Source: a phage. From it: a stretch of 64,000 bases of DNA. Made by a program: the position numbers and the translations under genes. The stretch lies in the NCBI GenBank assembly GCA_028522875.1, contig GCA_028522875.1_3659.1; one strand, given 5' to 3'. Below the pieces are notes generated by a model. The model was not told the origin of the DNA. It worked only from the letters and a program-made list of their open reading frames with translations, and did no database searches. Of the stretch, positions 39,942 through 49,038 are shown piece after piece. Numbering within the stretch: position 1 is the stretch's first letter; each line of letters starts with the position of its first letter.

Positions 39942-41125
39942 TGTCAAGAAACGTATTCGAAAGTGGTCAAATCACTGTCCGTGAGTTGCCAGCTATTATT
40001 CAGTTTGCCCAACGTCATAGCCGATCTGTCCTAATTTTGGGACCAATGGGTGTGGGTAAAAGCCAGGTGATGAAGCAGATCGCTGATAATATGTTCGGTG
40101 AGCGAGATGACAACCTTGTTGACGTGCGACTGTCAGATAAAGATCCTGCCGACTTATCTGGGCTACCTATCCCTGTAGAAGCGGATGGAACTACACGTAC
40201 AGTGTTTGCAATTCCAGAATTTTGGCCTGCGGATCCTGACTGGAGCGGAATTATCTTTCTGGATGAGCTCACTCATGCAGATAACTACCTGCAAAAGGTT
40301 GCAATGCAAATTATGCTTGACCACAAGTGCGGCACCTATGCATTCCCTAAGGGTTCTGTTTTTGTGGCTGCGGGTAACCGTTCTACAGATGGTGCGGTTC
40401 TTTCGGCGCTCGAAGCCCCTCTGGCTAACCGTTTTATCATTGTAGAGGTTACAAGCAATGCAGAGGTGTTTATTGAGGACTACGCATTCCTCAACGGGGT
40501 TCACTCCTCTGTAATTGGGTATCTGAAAAGAGTTCCATCAGCTATTGATAATTATGAGGCTATGGCTGAGATTAATTGTCCATCTTTTGCCACACCACGA
40601 TCTTGGGTTGCTGCATCTGACATCTTGCACGATTTTGACAGCGGTATTATTTCTGACGCTATGGCCCGTGTTCTTCTGCAAGGTGCTATTGGTCACACTG
40701 CAGCGGTAGAGATCTGGACATACCACACCAAGAAACGCAATTTACCGGAAATCGGTCGGATTATGGCAGGTGGCTGCAAAGAATACGTAGGTCCTAAGCA
40801 GCCAGACATTTTGTGGATTCTTGGATCTGAAGGTTGTATCGCTATTCGTAATATGATGGAAAATGCAAGTATCTCAGACGAAGATCTTGTCAGCTGCGTG
40901 GCAAACTTCCTCGATTTCCTTTGGGAAAACTTCAAGGACGAGAACCGAGATTTTGTATTCTCAGTCTTTATGGCGATGATGAAACCTAATGCCTTAGGAA
41001 ATGCCTTGCTTATAGGTAAAGGGCGTGACAAGATTGTTGCTCAGCTGATCAAAGCATACCCAAACCTGATGAAGATTGTAAAAGAGTTTGGTGAAGAGTT
41101 TAGCGCCATTTTGGCTAAAGCTTAA
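39941..41125 (+). CDS. MoxR-like AAA+ ATPase
   Basis: 394 aa; Walker A GPMGVGKS, Walker B IIFLDELTHAD, sensor/arginine region AAGNRSTDGAVLSALEAPLANRF typical of MoxR/RavA-type ATPases. Confidence 0.7.
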   Translation: MSRNVFESGQITVRELPAIIQFAQRHSRSVLILGPMGVGKSQVMKQIADNMFGERDDNLVDVRLSDKDPADLSGLPIPVEADGTTRTVFAIPEFWPADPDWSGIIFLDELTHADNYLQKVAMQIMLDHKCGTYAFPKGSVFVAAGNRSTDGAVLSALEAPLANRFIIVEVTSNAEVFIEDYAFLNGVHSSVIGYLKRVPSAIDNYEAMAEINCPSFATPRSWVAASDILHDFDSGIISDAMARVLLQGAIGHTAAVEIWTYHTKKRNLPEIGRIMAGGCKEYVGPKQPDILWILGSEGCIAIRNMMENASISDEDLVSCVANFLDFLWENFKDENRDFVFSVFMAMMKPNALGNALLIGKGRDKIVAQLIKAYPNLMKIVKEFGEEFSAILAKA

Positions 41126-41135
41126 GGGGGGTTGT

Positions 41136-41516
41136 ATGGCTAAAGTAGGTAAGCGGGGAAACTACCTGGTGGTATTGACCGAGGAGCCGGAGAAGGAGTA
41201 CGAATGCAGCTCCACTTGCGTGATCGATATCCGAGAAAAAGATGTAGATGAAATCTGGTTTAAAATATTGGACGCTTGCGATAGCAGTGATTATTTCTTC
41301 ATTTATGTCAACGATAAGGCTGGATTCTTCCATGACGACGGAGAGTTGCCGTATGAAATCTATGAACTTGTAGAGGCTTGCCATCGTGGAGATGCGGAGT
41401 TGTTTGGCCTACGGCTGAAAAGCGGTAAATTCTTCTATCAAGATGAGTGCATGAATCTTCATAACTTTGTAGAGGGAACTTGCAACGATGGAGAGATTTT
41501 GGCACACTACGATTAA
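41136..41516 (+). CDS. hypothetical protein
   Basis: ATG 41136 preceded by aagggggg (track start 41088 overlaps upstream gene). Confidence 0.45.
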   Translation: MAKVGKRGNYLVVLTEEPEKEYECSSTCVIDIREKDVDEIWFKILDACDSSDYFFIYVNDKAGFFHDDGELPYEIYELVEACHRGDAELFGLRLKSGKFFYQDECMNLHNFVEGTCNDGEILAHYD

Positions 41517-41529
41517 TTTCTAAGACCTC

Positions 41530-41556
41530 CCCCGCTTCGGCGGGGATTTTCTATTT
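41530..41556 (+). terminator. rho-independent terminator
   Basis: ccccgc-ttcg-gcgggg hairpin followed by attttctattt. Confidence 0.65.
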
Positions 41557-41565
41557 GGAGTCATT

Positions 41566-42066
41566 GTGAAAATTAAGATCTTTGCTATTATTTTGAGCGC
41601 ACTTTTATCGCTGCCTGTTGTTGCAGCACCAAAACAAAAAGTATATCATACTTGCAAGCCCTCAGATACTAAGGAAAACATTCTGGCATGCAATATCTAC
41701 AGGGAGGCTAGAGGGGATGGCACGATGGGTATGCTGGCATCAGGGTTTGCCACACTAAACAGGAAATCTCACCCCAAATACCCAGACACTATAAGAAAGA
41801 TTGTCTACCAACCTAACCAGTTTTCGTGGACAAACCACGGCAAAACTTTTAAGGTGACAGAAAAAGATTCATGGGATCACGCTAAAAGTCTTGCAAAGAT
41901 GCTTCTAAAGGTCTATAATAACAACCATGTTGCATACATGGCTATGGACATAACAGGTGGAGCAACACACTACCATACAACCAAAGTACGACCGAAATGG
42001 GCAAAAAAGATGCAGAGGACAGCTCAATTCGGGAGTCATATCTACTACAAGGAGCGCAATAAATGA
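41566..42066 (+). CDS. secreted cell wall hydrolase, SleB/Hydrolase_2-like, with N-terminal signal peptide
   Basis: GTG start with RBS ggag; signal-like N-terminus MKIKIFAIILSALLSLPVVAAP; motifs NIYREARGDG ... TLNR ... YPDTIRKIVYQPNQFSW typical of SleB-type hydrolases. Confidence 0.5.
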   Translation: MKIKIFAIILSALLSLPVVAAPKQKVYHTCKPSDTKENILACNIYREARGDGTMGMLASGFATLNRKSHPKYPDTIRKIVYQPNQFSWTNHGKTFKVTEKDSWDHAKSLAKMLLKVYNNNHVAYMAMDITGGATHYHTTKVRPKWAKKMQRTAQFGSHIYYKERNK

Positions 42067-44045
42067 TTGTAAACAGTAATGAAACTAAAGCAGTACTAAC
42101 CGGAAATATGGAGGTCACCAGGGGCTCAATTTCTCTGAACAAAGAGACTTTTGGGCTAATCATTAAAGGGATTTACGAAGATAAGGTGCTGGCAAGCTGC
42201 CGTGAACCAATCTTCAATGCTGTGGACTCCCATGTTGAGTCTGGACGGGGTGATGTACCGATCATCATTCACTCTCCTACAGACCTTGAACCATACTTCT
42301 TTGTGCAGGACGTTGGATTGGGCATGTCGGAAGAGATGGTCCGCAACACTTTCATGAACCTCGGGGAGTCAACCAAGCGCAACAGCAACGCTCTGGTAGG
42401 TAATAAAGGTGTAGGTTCAAAGGCCCCGTTCAGCATGGTGGACACTTTCGATGTGATCAGTGTGCACAACGGTGTTGAAAGCACATATCTGTTGTTCTTG
42501 GATCAGGGTATCCCAAACGTTACCAAGATCCGCGAGCGAAAGACTGAAGAGCACAACGGGGTAAAAGTTCAGTTCCATGTTAAGAAAGAGCATGTTCTGA
42601 AATATCGCACTGCTATTGCGTCATGCCTACGCTATGCAAAGTTTCCGTTTACCGTTACCGACCCTATGACCAGTAAGATGCTGGAAGGTGACAAGGTTGA
42701 GGCGCAGTATCGCTACGAGAAAGATGGTTGGAAAATGACTATCCTGAAAGGTTATACCAGCTCTGATGAGAGCCGTGTGGTGATGGGACACCAACCTTAC
42801 CGCTCTAAGTTTCTGGAAACATTGACAGACTACCCTGCAATCTGTGTAGAGATCCCTATCGGGGATTGCAATATTAACCCTGGGCGCGAATGGACCATAG
42901 AGGGGCACGACGATGGTGGATTCCAGGATCGCCTGGAGGCCTTTGTCAAAGAAGGTATACGTCTTCGTGGGGCAGAAGTTGTTGCGGAATTGGAGACAGC
43001 AAAAACATCCTCAGAAGCACGTGAGATGATGAAGAACAGTGGAGTGTTCGGACACATCTTCGGCAAAAACTTTATGTGGAACCGTTGGGAAGAAACAGGG
43101 CTTGGCGACTTAGGCGATTGTGAAATTTTCGCTGGCGGCTTAAATAAAGGCCGCATAGGCTATGCTCGTTACGGAAAGTCGGAGTTCTTACGAGGTGTAT
43201 ACCTTGTATTTAACGACGGAGACGGCAAATATAACCGAAATAAGTGTAACTACTTAAGCGAGATCACCGGACGCAACGTTTTCTATTGCCGTAACACGGA
43301 TCTGATGGAAGAGTTTAAAGAAGCGGCACACCACCCGTTCTTTGCAGATACGGTCAAATTGTTATCAGAGCTCCCTCGCCGTCCTGTAAAGAAAGGTGAA
43401 ACAAAAACTCACTATGAGCCAGGGTATTGGGTTAAAAAACTTGAGAAAGATGGTTACTTCCGTCGTGAGCGTATTACTAAGGCAGAGTTCAAGAAGATTA
43501 AGCACTGCATTCCTTATGAGGGTGATATCCAACGTGGAAGTTGTTGGCTGGGACAGCTAAGTAACATCTACCAGCAAAATTATGACCGTGTGCGTGCGGC
43601 ACTCCAGATTCCTGAAGGGGAAGATCTGTACCTGGTATCAGAATCTCGTCTGCTTTGGACTGATCCTGATTGCCAGTATGTTACAGAGAAAAATGTGGAA
43701 CATTTGTTGAAAGAGGATGCCTGGAAATTCTTACTGACTCGCGCAGCAAATGAAACTTCATATGACAGCCTGTATAGACAATTAGGGAAAATTATCCCCA
43801 TGCAAGATTTTGGAAATTATCGGCCACATTTCCACAAGTGGGAAGGTAACACCGCGTGGAAGCACAGTGAGCTAAATCATCGTGCCAAAATCTTAATCGC
43901 CAACCGAGTCAAGTGCGGGAAGGCCTATATTGCAAGATTGGAAAAGAAATATCCACTTTTGAAGCATGTGGGCTTGAAATATTGGGACACTCCTGCTATG
44001 ATTGAATACCGTGAACTGATCGACGCAAAGAATAACACCAAATAA
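42063..44045 (+). CDS. rIIA-like protein with N-terminal GHKL (Bergerat-fold) ATPase domain
   Basis: 660 aa; N-box REPIFNAVDSH, G1 DVGLGM, G2 GNKGVGSKA; large gene followed by second gene as in rIIA-rIIB pairs. Confidence 0.5.
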   Translation: MIVNSNETKAVLTGNMEVTRGSISLNKETFGLIIKGIYEDKVLASCREPIFNAVDSHVESGRGDVPIIIHSPTDLEPYFFVQDVGLGMSEEMVRNTFMNLGESTKRNSNALVGNKGVGSKAPFSMVDTFDVISVHNGVESTYLLFLDQGIPNVTKIRERKTEEHNGVKVQFHVKKEHVLKYRTAIASCLRYAKFPFTVTDPMTSKMLEGDKVEAQYRYEKDGWKMTILKGYTSSDESRVVMGHQPYRSKFLETLTDYPAICVEIPIGDCNINPGREWTIEGHDDGGFQDRLEAFVKEGIRLRGAEVVAELETAKTSSEAREMMKNSGVFGHIFGKNFMWNRWEETGLGDLGDCEIFAGGLNKGRIGYARYGKSEFLRGVYLVFNDGDGKYNRNKCNYLSEITGRNVFYCRNTDLMEEFKEAAHHPFFADTVKLLSELPRRPVKKGETKTHYEPGYWVKKLEKDGYFRRERITKAEFKKIKHCIPYEGDIQRGSCWLGQLSNIYQQNYDRVRAALQIPEGEDLYLVSESRLLWTDPDCQYVTEKNVEHLLKEDAWKFLLTRAANETSYDSLYRQLGKIIPMQDFGNYRPHFHKWEGNTAWKHSELNHRAKILIANRVKCGKAYIARLEKKYPLLKHVGLKYWDTPAMIEYRELIDAKNNTK

Positions 44046-44055
44046 GGAGACAGCT

Positions 44056-45261
44056 ATGATTTTCATCTACGAACATTTCAAAACTCGTAAAGAAGCACGC
44101 GACCGCCGTGCAGAACTTGAGAAGAAGGGTTTCACATGTGCTATTGAGAAAGGTACTACAACATGGACACTGGCAGTAGGTGCCCCAGAGCTGTTTGATC
44201 CTGACCGAGACAGTGTCTGCTATACCCGTGAGGATTTTGAAACCCGCGAAGAGGCACGTTTATTCCGCTACGGACTGGAAGACAACGGTAAGTACGCCAT
44301 GATCTTAGATTCAGGTGAAGGTTCCGTTAAACGTTGGGGCGTGGTATACCCACTGTGTGTTGTTCACGGTGTGGGGTTCACTGGGGTAGCAATCAAGTCA
44401 GAAGAACCTTTAGTAGAAGTCAAAGATCCGGTGCTGGAAGTGGTGAGCAGTGTGTCTCAGCAACAGTCTCGAAGCATCGAGCCTTTGGTAGTTATTTGCG
44501 GGGAACTCCTCCAGATCACCTGCAACGAAGGCATTTTTGAAATTCGCCGCAGCGAAAGTGAGGAAGTTTACCAGAAAGTCTTCGACCATATTTCTGTTCA
44601 GGAATATGATGAGGCAATTGGTGAAATCCTTGTCTGGCTGGAACGCAAGAATGAGTTCACCACACTTGCAGACAACCTGATCATGAAAGATGGTAAGCTC
44701 TACTACTACGGTGTAGAGATGCGATCCACCATTGCAAAGAAAATTGAGGAAGATTATGTAGATGGAACACTGGACGACCGATATGTTAAATTCCTTGTCC
44801 GTCTGCTACGCAACCCGTCTGCAAAATCTGTGAACATGCTCTACGATTTCATGCAGGCTAATGACATCCAGGTTGCAGAAGATGGTCGAATCATTTGCTA
44901 TAAGGGGGTTCAGTTTAACGGGAGCAGGTGGGTGGATTGGCACAGCGGTAAAGTTCCACAATACCAGGGTGCTTTTGTGTCCATGCCTCGTAACTTTGTA
45001 GAAGATGATCCGGAAGCTGCGTGTTCTTATGGCCTGCACTGCGCCAGCAAAGAGTATGCAGCGGGCTATGGCACTGTAATGATGGTTATGGTTGACCCTG
45101 CGGATGTGGTTAGTGTGCCATACCAACACAACAGTGCTAAGTGCCGTGCATGCCGCTACGAAATCGTAGCAGCACCGGAATCACGCAAAGATGGCGATCC
45201 GATTGAATACGTAGTTGACCGTGATGGTAACATCATCGACATTATCTACGAGGAGGCGTAA
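44056..45261 (+). CDS. hypothetical protein (rIIB-like by position only)
   Basis: 401 aa directly downstream of rIIA-like gene; RBS aaggag; no motif recognised. Confidence 0.3.
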   Translation: MIFIYEHFKTRKEARDRRAELEKKGFTCAIEKGTTTWTLAVGAPELFDPDRDSVCYTREDFETREEARLFRYGLEDNGKYAMILDSGEGSVKRWGVVYPLCVVHGVGFTGVAIKSEEPLVEVKDPVLEVVSSVSQQQSRSIEPLVVICGELLQITCNEGIFEIRRSESEEVYQKVFDHISVQEYDEAIGEILVWLERKNEFTTLADNLIMKDGKLYYYGVEMRSTIAKKIEEDYVDGTLDDRYVKFLVRLLRNPSAKSVNMLYDFMQANDIQVAEDGRIICYKGVQFNGSRWVDWHSGKVPQYQGAFVSMPRNFVEDDPEAACSYGLHCASKEYAAGYGTVMMVMVDPADVVSVPYQHNSAKCRACRYEIVAAPESRKDGDPIEYVVDRDGNIIDIIYEEA

Positions 45262-46631
45262 TGGAAAAAGGGCAGTATGACGTAGGCACAGATGCTGCCC
45301 TCATTGCAATCATGAGCGGTGAGAATGTCTTCGTTTCAGGACCTGCAGGTTGTGGGAAGACGTATCTCATCAACATGATCCAGTCAATGTATGGAGACTC
45401 TTGCATAACGGTTGCCCCGACAGGGGTAGCCGCTTTAAACGTTAATGGAGCAACAGCACACCGAACATTCGATCTTGCAGCAGGTGTGAGCATGGAGTCG
45501 GACTGGACTGCAATAAGGGCAAAAACAGCAAAGCCTTTGAAAAGCAAGGCATTTACCATCCTAATTATCGATGAAATCTCTATGATCCGTGCTGATAAGT
45601 TTATAGAGATGGATAGGAAACTCCGCTTCCTTCGAAAAAATGACAAACCTTTCGGAGGCATACAGGTCATATTGTTTGGCGATTTTTACCAAGCACCTCC
45701 TGTTGTCTCTTCTATGGAGAAGGAAGCCTACTTCAACTTCTACCATACGGACCTGTGTTGCTATACCGAATCTTGGAAAGAACTTGACCTCCACAACATA
45801 GCCCTAGTAGATCAGTTCCGACAGGAGTCTATTCGATTTGCCACAATGCTCAACTGTGTTCGTGAGGGTCGTCGCATAAAAGAGGTTGTAGCAGAACTTA
45901 ATGCTCGTTGTTACAAAGGCGGTGTACCAACAGACGCTCTCACAATTTGCGCCACCAACAAACAAGCGGAGGAAGTGAACAGAAGGTTCTATGATGCCAT
46001 CAACGCCCCAGAAAAGGTATACACTGGTGAAATGAAGGGTAAGTTTCCCTCCACCCTGCCAGTTGAGCAGGAGATGAAGTTGAAAATTGGCATGAAAGTT
46101 ATGATAACCGCCAACGATGTTGACCCGACGCACAAAGTACCTTATTATGTTAACGGAACACGTGCCACAATTGTTAAATTTAAGAACAAGGCGGTGGTGG
46201 TAGAGCTTGAAGATGGAACACAGGTTGACATAGAACAGAGGTTGTGGGAGAATAACGAGTATAAGCCATCTCAAAGATACAACATTGCAGAAAGGAAGAT
46301 GGAGAAGTTTATAGAGAGGGTAGTGATTGGATCATACAAGCAACTTCCTCTGAAATCTGGGTATGCCGTAACATCTCATAAAAGTCAAGGACTTACGCTA
46401 GATTGTTACAACCTGGACCTTGGAAAGAACGGAGCTTTCTCTCCTGGGATGACGTATGTTGCTTTGAGTCGAGTTAAGACAATACAAGGGATAAACTTGT
46501 TGCGTCCACTAAGAGAAGTTGATATTATTGTTGACCCGAGAGTCGTAGAGTTTTACAATACAACATTCCCTGACTTAGACAAAATTGTCAGGAAAGATTT
46601 TGAAACCAGAGCAGAAGAGGGGGACGTATGA
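45261..46631 (+). CDS. Dda-like SF1 DNA helicase (RecD/Pif1 family)
   Basis: Walker A GPAGCGKT, Walker B ILIIDEISM, C-terminal motif VTSHKSQGLTLD ... ALSRV characteristic of Dda/RecD-type helicases. Confidence 0.7.
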   Translation: MEKGQYDVGTDAALIAIMSGENVFVSGPAGCGKTYLINMIQSMYGDSCITVAPTGVAALNVNGATAHRTFDLAAGVSMESDWTAIRAKTAKPLKSKAFTILIIDEISMIRADKFIEMDRKLRFLRKNDKPFGGIQVILFGDFYQAPPVVSSMEKEAYFNFYHTDLCCYTESWKELDLHNIALVDQFRQESIRFATMLNCVREGRRIKEVVAELNARCYKGGVPTDALTICATNKQAEEVNRRFYDAINAPEKVYTGEMKGKFPSTLPVEQEMKLKIGMKVMITANDVDPTHKVPYYVNGTRATIVKFKNKAVVVELEDGTQVDIEQRLWENNEYKPSQRYNIAERKMEKFIERVVIGSYKQLPLKSGYAVTSHKSQGLTLDCYNLDLGKNGAFSPGMTYVALSRVKTIQGINLLRPLREVDIIVDPRVVEFYNTTFPDLDKIVRKDFETRAEEGDV

Positions 46632-46969
46632 GTTTGTGGAGAAATATAGTTAACTACGTGTGTGGCAATCCAACTCCTGAAGAGAAGGATGTTGTGATTC
46701 ACGATTTTACTAAAAGATCTCGTGAAAAAGACCTACTGCTAACAAAGGTGACTGATAAAGATCCTGCAGTAGGGGACTGGGCAGGTTTTGCGTTTACATC
46801 GGACAAATACACCTTTAACAAAGGTGACTATCTTGTTGTAGATTTTAACGAAGACATTGATGGTGCTGAACCTTACTATCAGACCCTTATTATTGCAGGG
46901 TGCGTTGATCTCTCTGCAGGCATGCACAGTTTGATTCTTTTTGAGCTTGACTCTGAAGACCTTCAGTAG
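46628..46969 (+). CDS. hypothetical protein
   Basis: 113 aa; ATGA overlap with helicase gene. Confidence 0.45.
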   Translation: MSLWRNIVNYVCGNPTPEEKDVVIHDFTKRSREKDLLLTKVTDKDPAVGDWAGFAFTSDKYTFNKGDYLVVDFNEDIDGAEPYYQTLIIAGCVDLSAGMHSLILFELDSEDLQ

Positions 46970-47029
46970 TAAGATGTTAGTCTAAAGGGGAGGCACTCCT
47001 CCCCACAAAAACTAAGGAAGCACTAAACG

Positions 47030-47332
47030 ATGAAACGTTATAAACCGTACACTTTTGAAATCGATTTCGAACTTGACGATATGTTTACTGTGGAAGCTCA
47101 AGCAGTTGTCCAGTTGCCAGACTCGGAGTGCCGTGACTCTGATGTTGACTATTACGGATTTAGACAAATTACCGATGTGCGTGTTTACCACAACGGTGAA
47201 GAGGTGGACTTCCACCAACTGCCAAACGATATGCGCCACTCAATTTACAAACGTGCAGCCCGTGAACTAGAGTCCTATCTGGATGCAGCGACGACAGCAG
47301 CTGCATTTGCTGAAGAAGTTGGAGGTTTCTGA
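47030..47332 (+). CDS. hypothetical protein
   Basis: 100 aa; RBS ctaaggaag. Confidence 0.45.
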   Translation: MKRYKPYTFEIDFELDDMFTVEAQAVVQLPDSECRDSDVDYYGFRQITDVRVYHNGEEVDFHQLPNDMRHSIYKRAARELESYLDAATTAAAFAEEVGGF

Positions 47333-47727
47333 TGATTACAGGTGTGAAGATTATCCAATACCACTTAACCAAATTAGAAGATGCTGAAAAAGAGCTTGCA
47401 GAAGTTCTGAATAGTGGATATACTTTGCTATCATGCGCCTGCTCAGATACCTACGCTGTGTGGACACTTATCCGGAAGGAAGAGCCTGCATGGACCTTGG
47501 TGCCAAACCCTAAGATTATTAGTGAGGTGGATGACTACCCTCAGGACGGCCTACCAGAAGACTGGGAAGTATGGGAAGGTGGTGAAAACCCTGCACCAGG
47601 TAAGTGGGTAAAATATAAACTACGTGGTGGTGCACAGTACGCTGACTACTCTGATAACCTAGACTGGAGTCATTCTTCACTAGGATCGTCTGCAAGTTCA
47701 TATGATATCGTTGCTTTTCAGGAATAA
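47332..47727 (+). CDS. hypothetical protein
   Basis: 131 aa; ATGA overlap. Confidence 0.45.
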   Translation: MITGVKIIQYHLTKLEDAEKELAEVLNSGYTLLSCACSDTYAVWTLIRKEEPAWTLVPNPKIISEVDDYPQDGLPEDWEVWEGGENPAPGKWVKYKLRGGAQYADYSDNLDWSHSSLGSSASSYDIVAFQE

Positions 47728-47739
47728 GGAGAAGGTGGT

Positions 47740-48222
47740 ATGTCAGATTTTATGTGGAAAGTTGGTTATTCCTCCCCTGAAATGTGTAAGGCCTGTTTTG
47801 TGAAAATAGGTCGCGAAGATATCGACAAAGTGATCCTTAAGTTTCGTGATGTGGCTGTGATCGGCAACCGAGTGCTTAAGCACTTAAAGAATCTGAAGCT
47901 CACCAAAAAGAAATTCTTCGGACTTTTCGAAGAGAAAGTTGATGCTTGGACCCATTGCATTCAGGAAGCTAAATCTCACTACAGTGCTATCGTTACCCCA
48001 GAACGGGTAGCCAAGATGGAAGGACTCATCAACAGCACAGAGTTTGAGTGTCTGAAAGCTGCGCTCGATAGTTATCCGAAATGCCTCAAGCACTTGGACA
48101 AGTATGTAGAAAAGGATGGGGAAATGTATCTCACCCTGGACGCATACTATGAGATGCAAGAAATTTTAAATTTAGATTTGACATTGGTATCCACCGAGTA
48201 TACAATAGGTATCCGGGTTTAA
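47740..48222 (+). CDS. hypothetical protein
   Basis: 160 aa; RBS aaggagaagg. Confidence 0.45.
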   Translation: MSDFMWKVGYSSPEMCKACFVKIGREDIDKVILKFRDVAVIGNRVLKHLKNLKLTKKKFFGLFEEKVDAWTHCIQEAKSHYSAIVTPERVAKMEGLINSTEFECLKAALDSYPKCLKHLDKYVEKDGEMYLTLDAYYEMQEILNLDLTLVSTEYTIGIRV

Positions 48223-48228
48223 CACTAG

Positions 48229-48256
48229 GCCCTGCCCGAAAGGGTGGGGCTTTTTG
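48229..48256 (+). terminator. rho-independent terminator (22-nt element repeated at 59620)
   Basis: gccctgcccgaaagggtggggc hairpin followed by ttttt; identical 22-mer at 59620-59641. Confidence 0.55.
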
Positions 48257-48273
48257 CATTAGGAGACAGCAAA

Positions 48274-49038
48274 TTGAAATTTATCTACAAAGAACACTAC
48301 CACAAAGGTGTTGTGTGGAGTCTATTTGACGGGTCTGGTGGTGCAGTCATTGACTGGGCAAAAGCTGGGTACCTGTGCCTGTGCTTTAATGCAGAAGGTG
48401 CTGATCACGGCAGTTATGCAGAGGTGATAACCGATCATCCCAACATTTACTATGTGGATTATTGGATTGACCCATGGTTCCCTCAGGAAACTTTTTGCAT
48501 GTACCCAGCTCCAGACTTTATTCTTGCATTTCCTCCGTGCACGCATTTAGCGGTATCAGGTGCTGCACATTTTAAGAAAAAGCTGGCTAAGGACCCTATG
48601 ATCCAAATTAATGCTGTAAAGGATGCTCGGGTTGCGGAAGAGCTGGGAGAGATTTACGATTGCCCGTGGCATGTAGAGAATCCTGTAGGTGTTATGTCCA
48701 CACTGTGGCGCAAACCTGATTACCGTTTTCATCCTTCTGACTATGGCGGGTATTTACCGGAGGATGATGTAAACCCTTGGTTTCCTGAATTTATAGCTCC
48801 ACGCGATGCCTATCCAAAAATAACTTGCGGCTGGATAGGTAATGGATTTATAATCCCGGCCACAAAACCTGTCCCGCAAATAGTTGACGCGGTTAGCGGG
48901 TATTCCATGCAACACGCTAAGCTAGGTGGAAAAAGTGCAAGGACGAAGATGATTCGAAGCCTCACACCCCGTGGCTGGGCAAAAGCCGTATTCTTAGCAA
49001 ACGAGCCTGTAGTAAGGAGCAGAATTAATGGGAAGTAA
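48274..49038 (+). CDS. DNA (cytosine-5)-methyltransferase-like protein (short form)
   Basis: Motif I LFDGSGG (FxGxGG), motif IV FPPCTHLAVSGA (PC), motif VI HVENPVG (ENV-like); probable TTG start 48274 after aggaga since track start 48244 lies in terminator. Confidence 0.45.
   Translation: MKFIYKEHYHKGVVWSLFDGSGGAVIDWAKAGYLCLCFNAEGADHGSYAEVITDHPNIYYVDYWIDPWFPQETFCMYPAPDFILAFPPCTHLAVSGAAHFKKKLAKDPMIQINAVKDARVAEELGEIYDCPWHVENPVGVMSTLWRKPDYRFHPSDYGGYLPEDDVNPWFPEFIAPRDAYPKITCGWIGNGFIIPATKPVPQIVDAVSGYSMQHAKLGGKSARTKMIRSLTPRGWAKAVFLANEPVVRSRINGK

Noticed and set aside
46986-47003. Hairpin ggggagg-cact-cctcccc as intrinsic terminator
   Set aside because: Followed by an A-rich rather than U-rich tract on the coding strand; kept only as a possible RNA structure.
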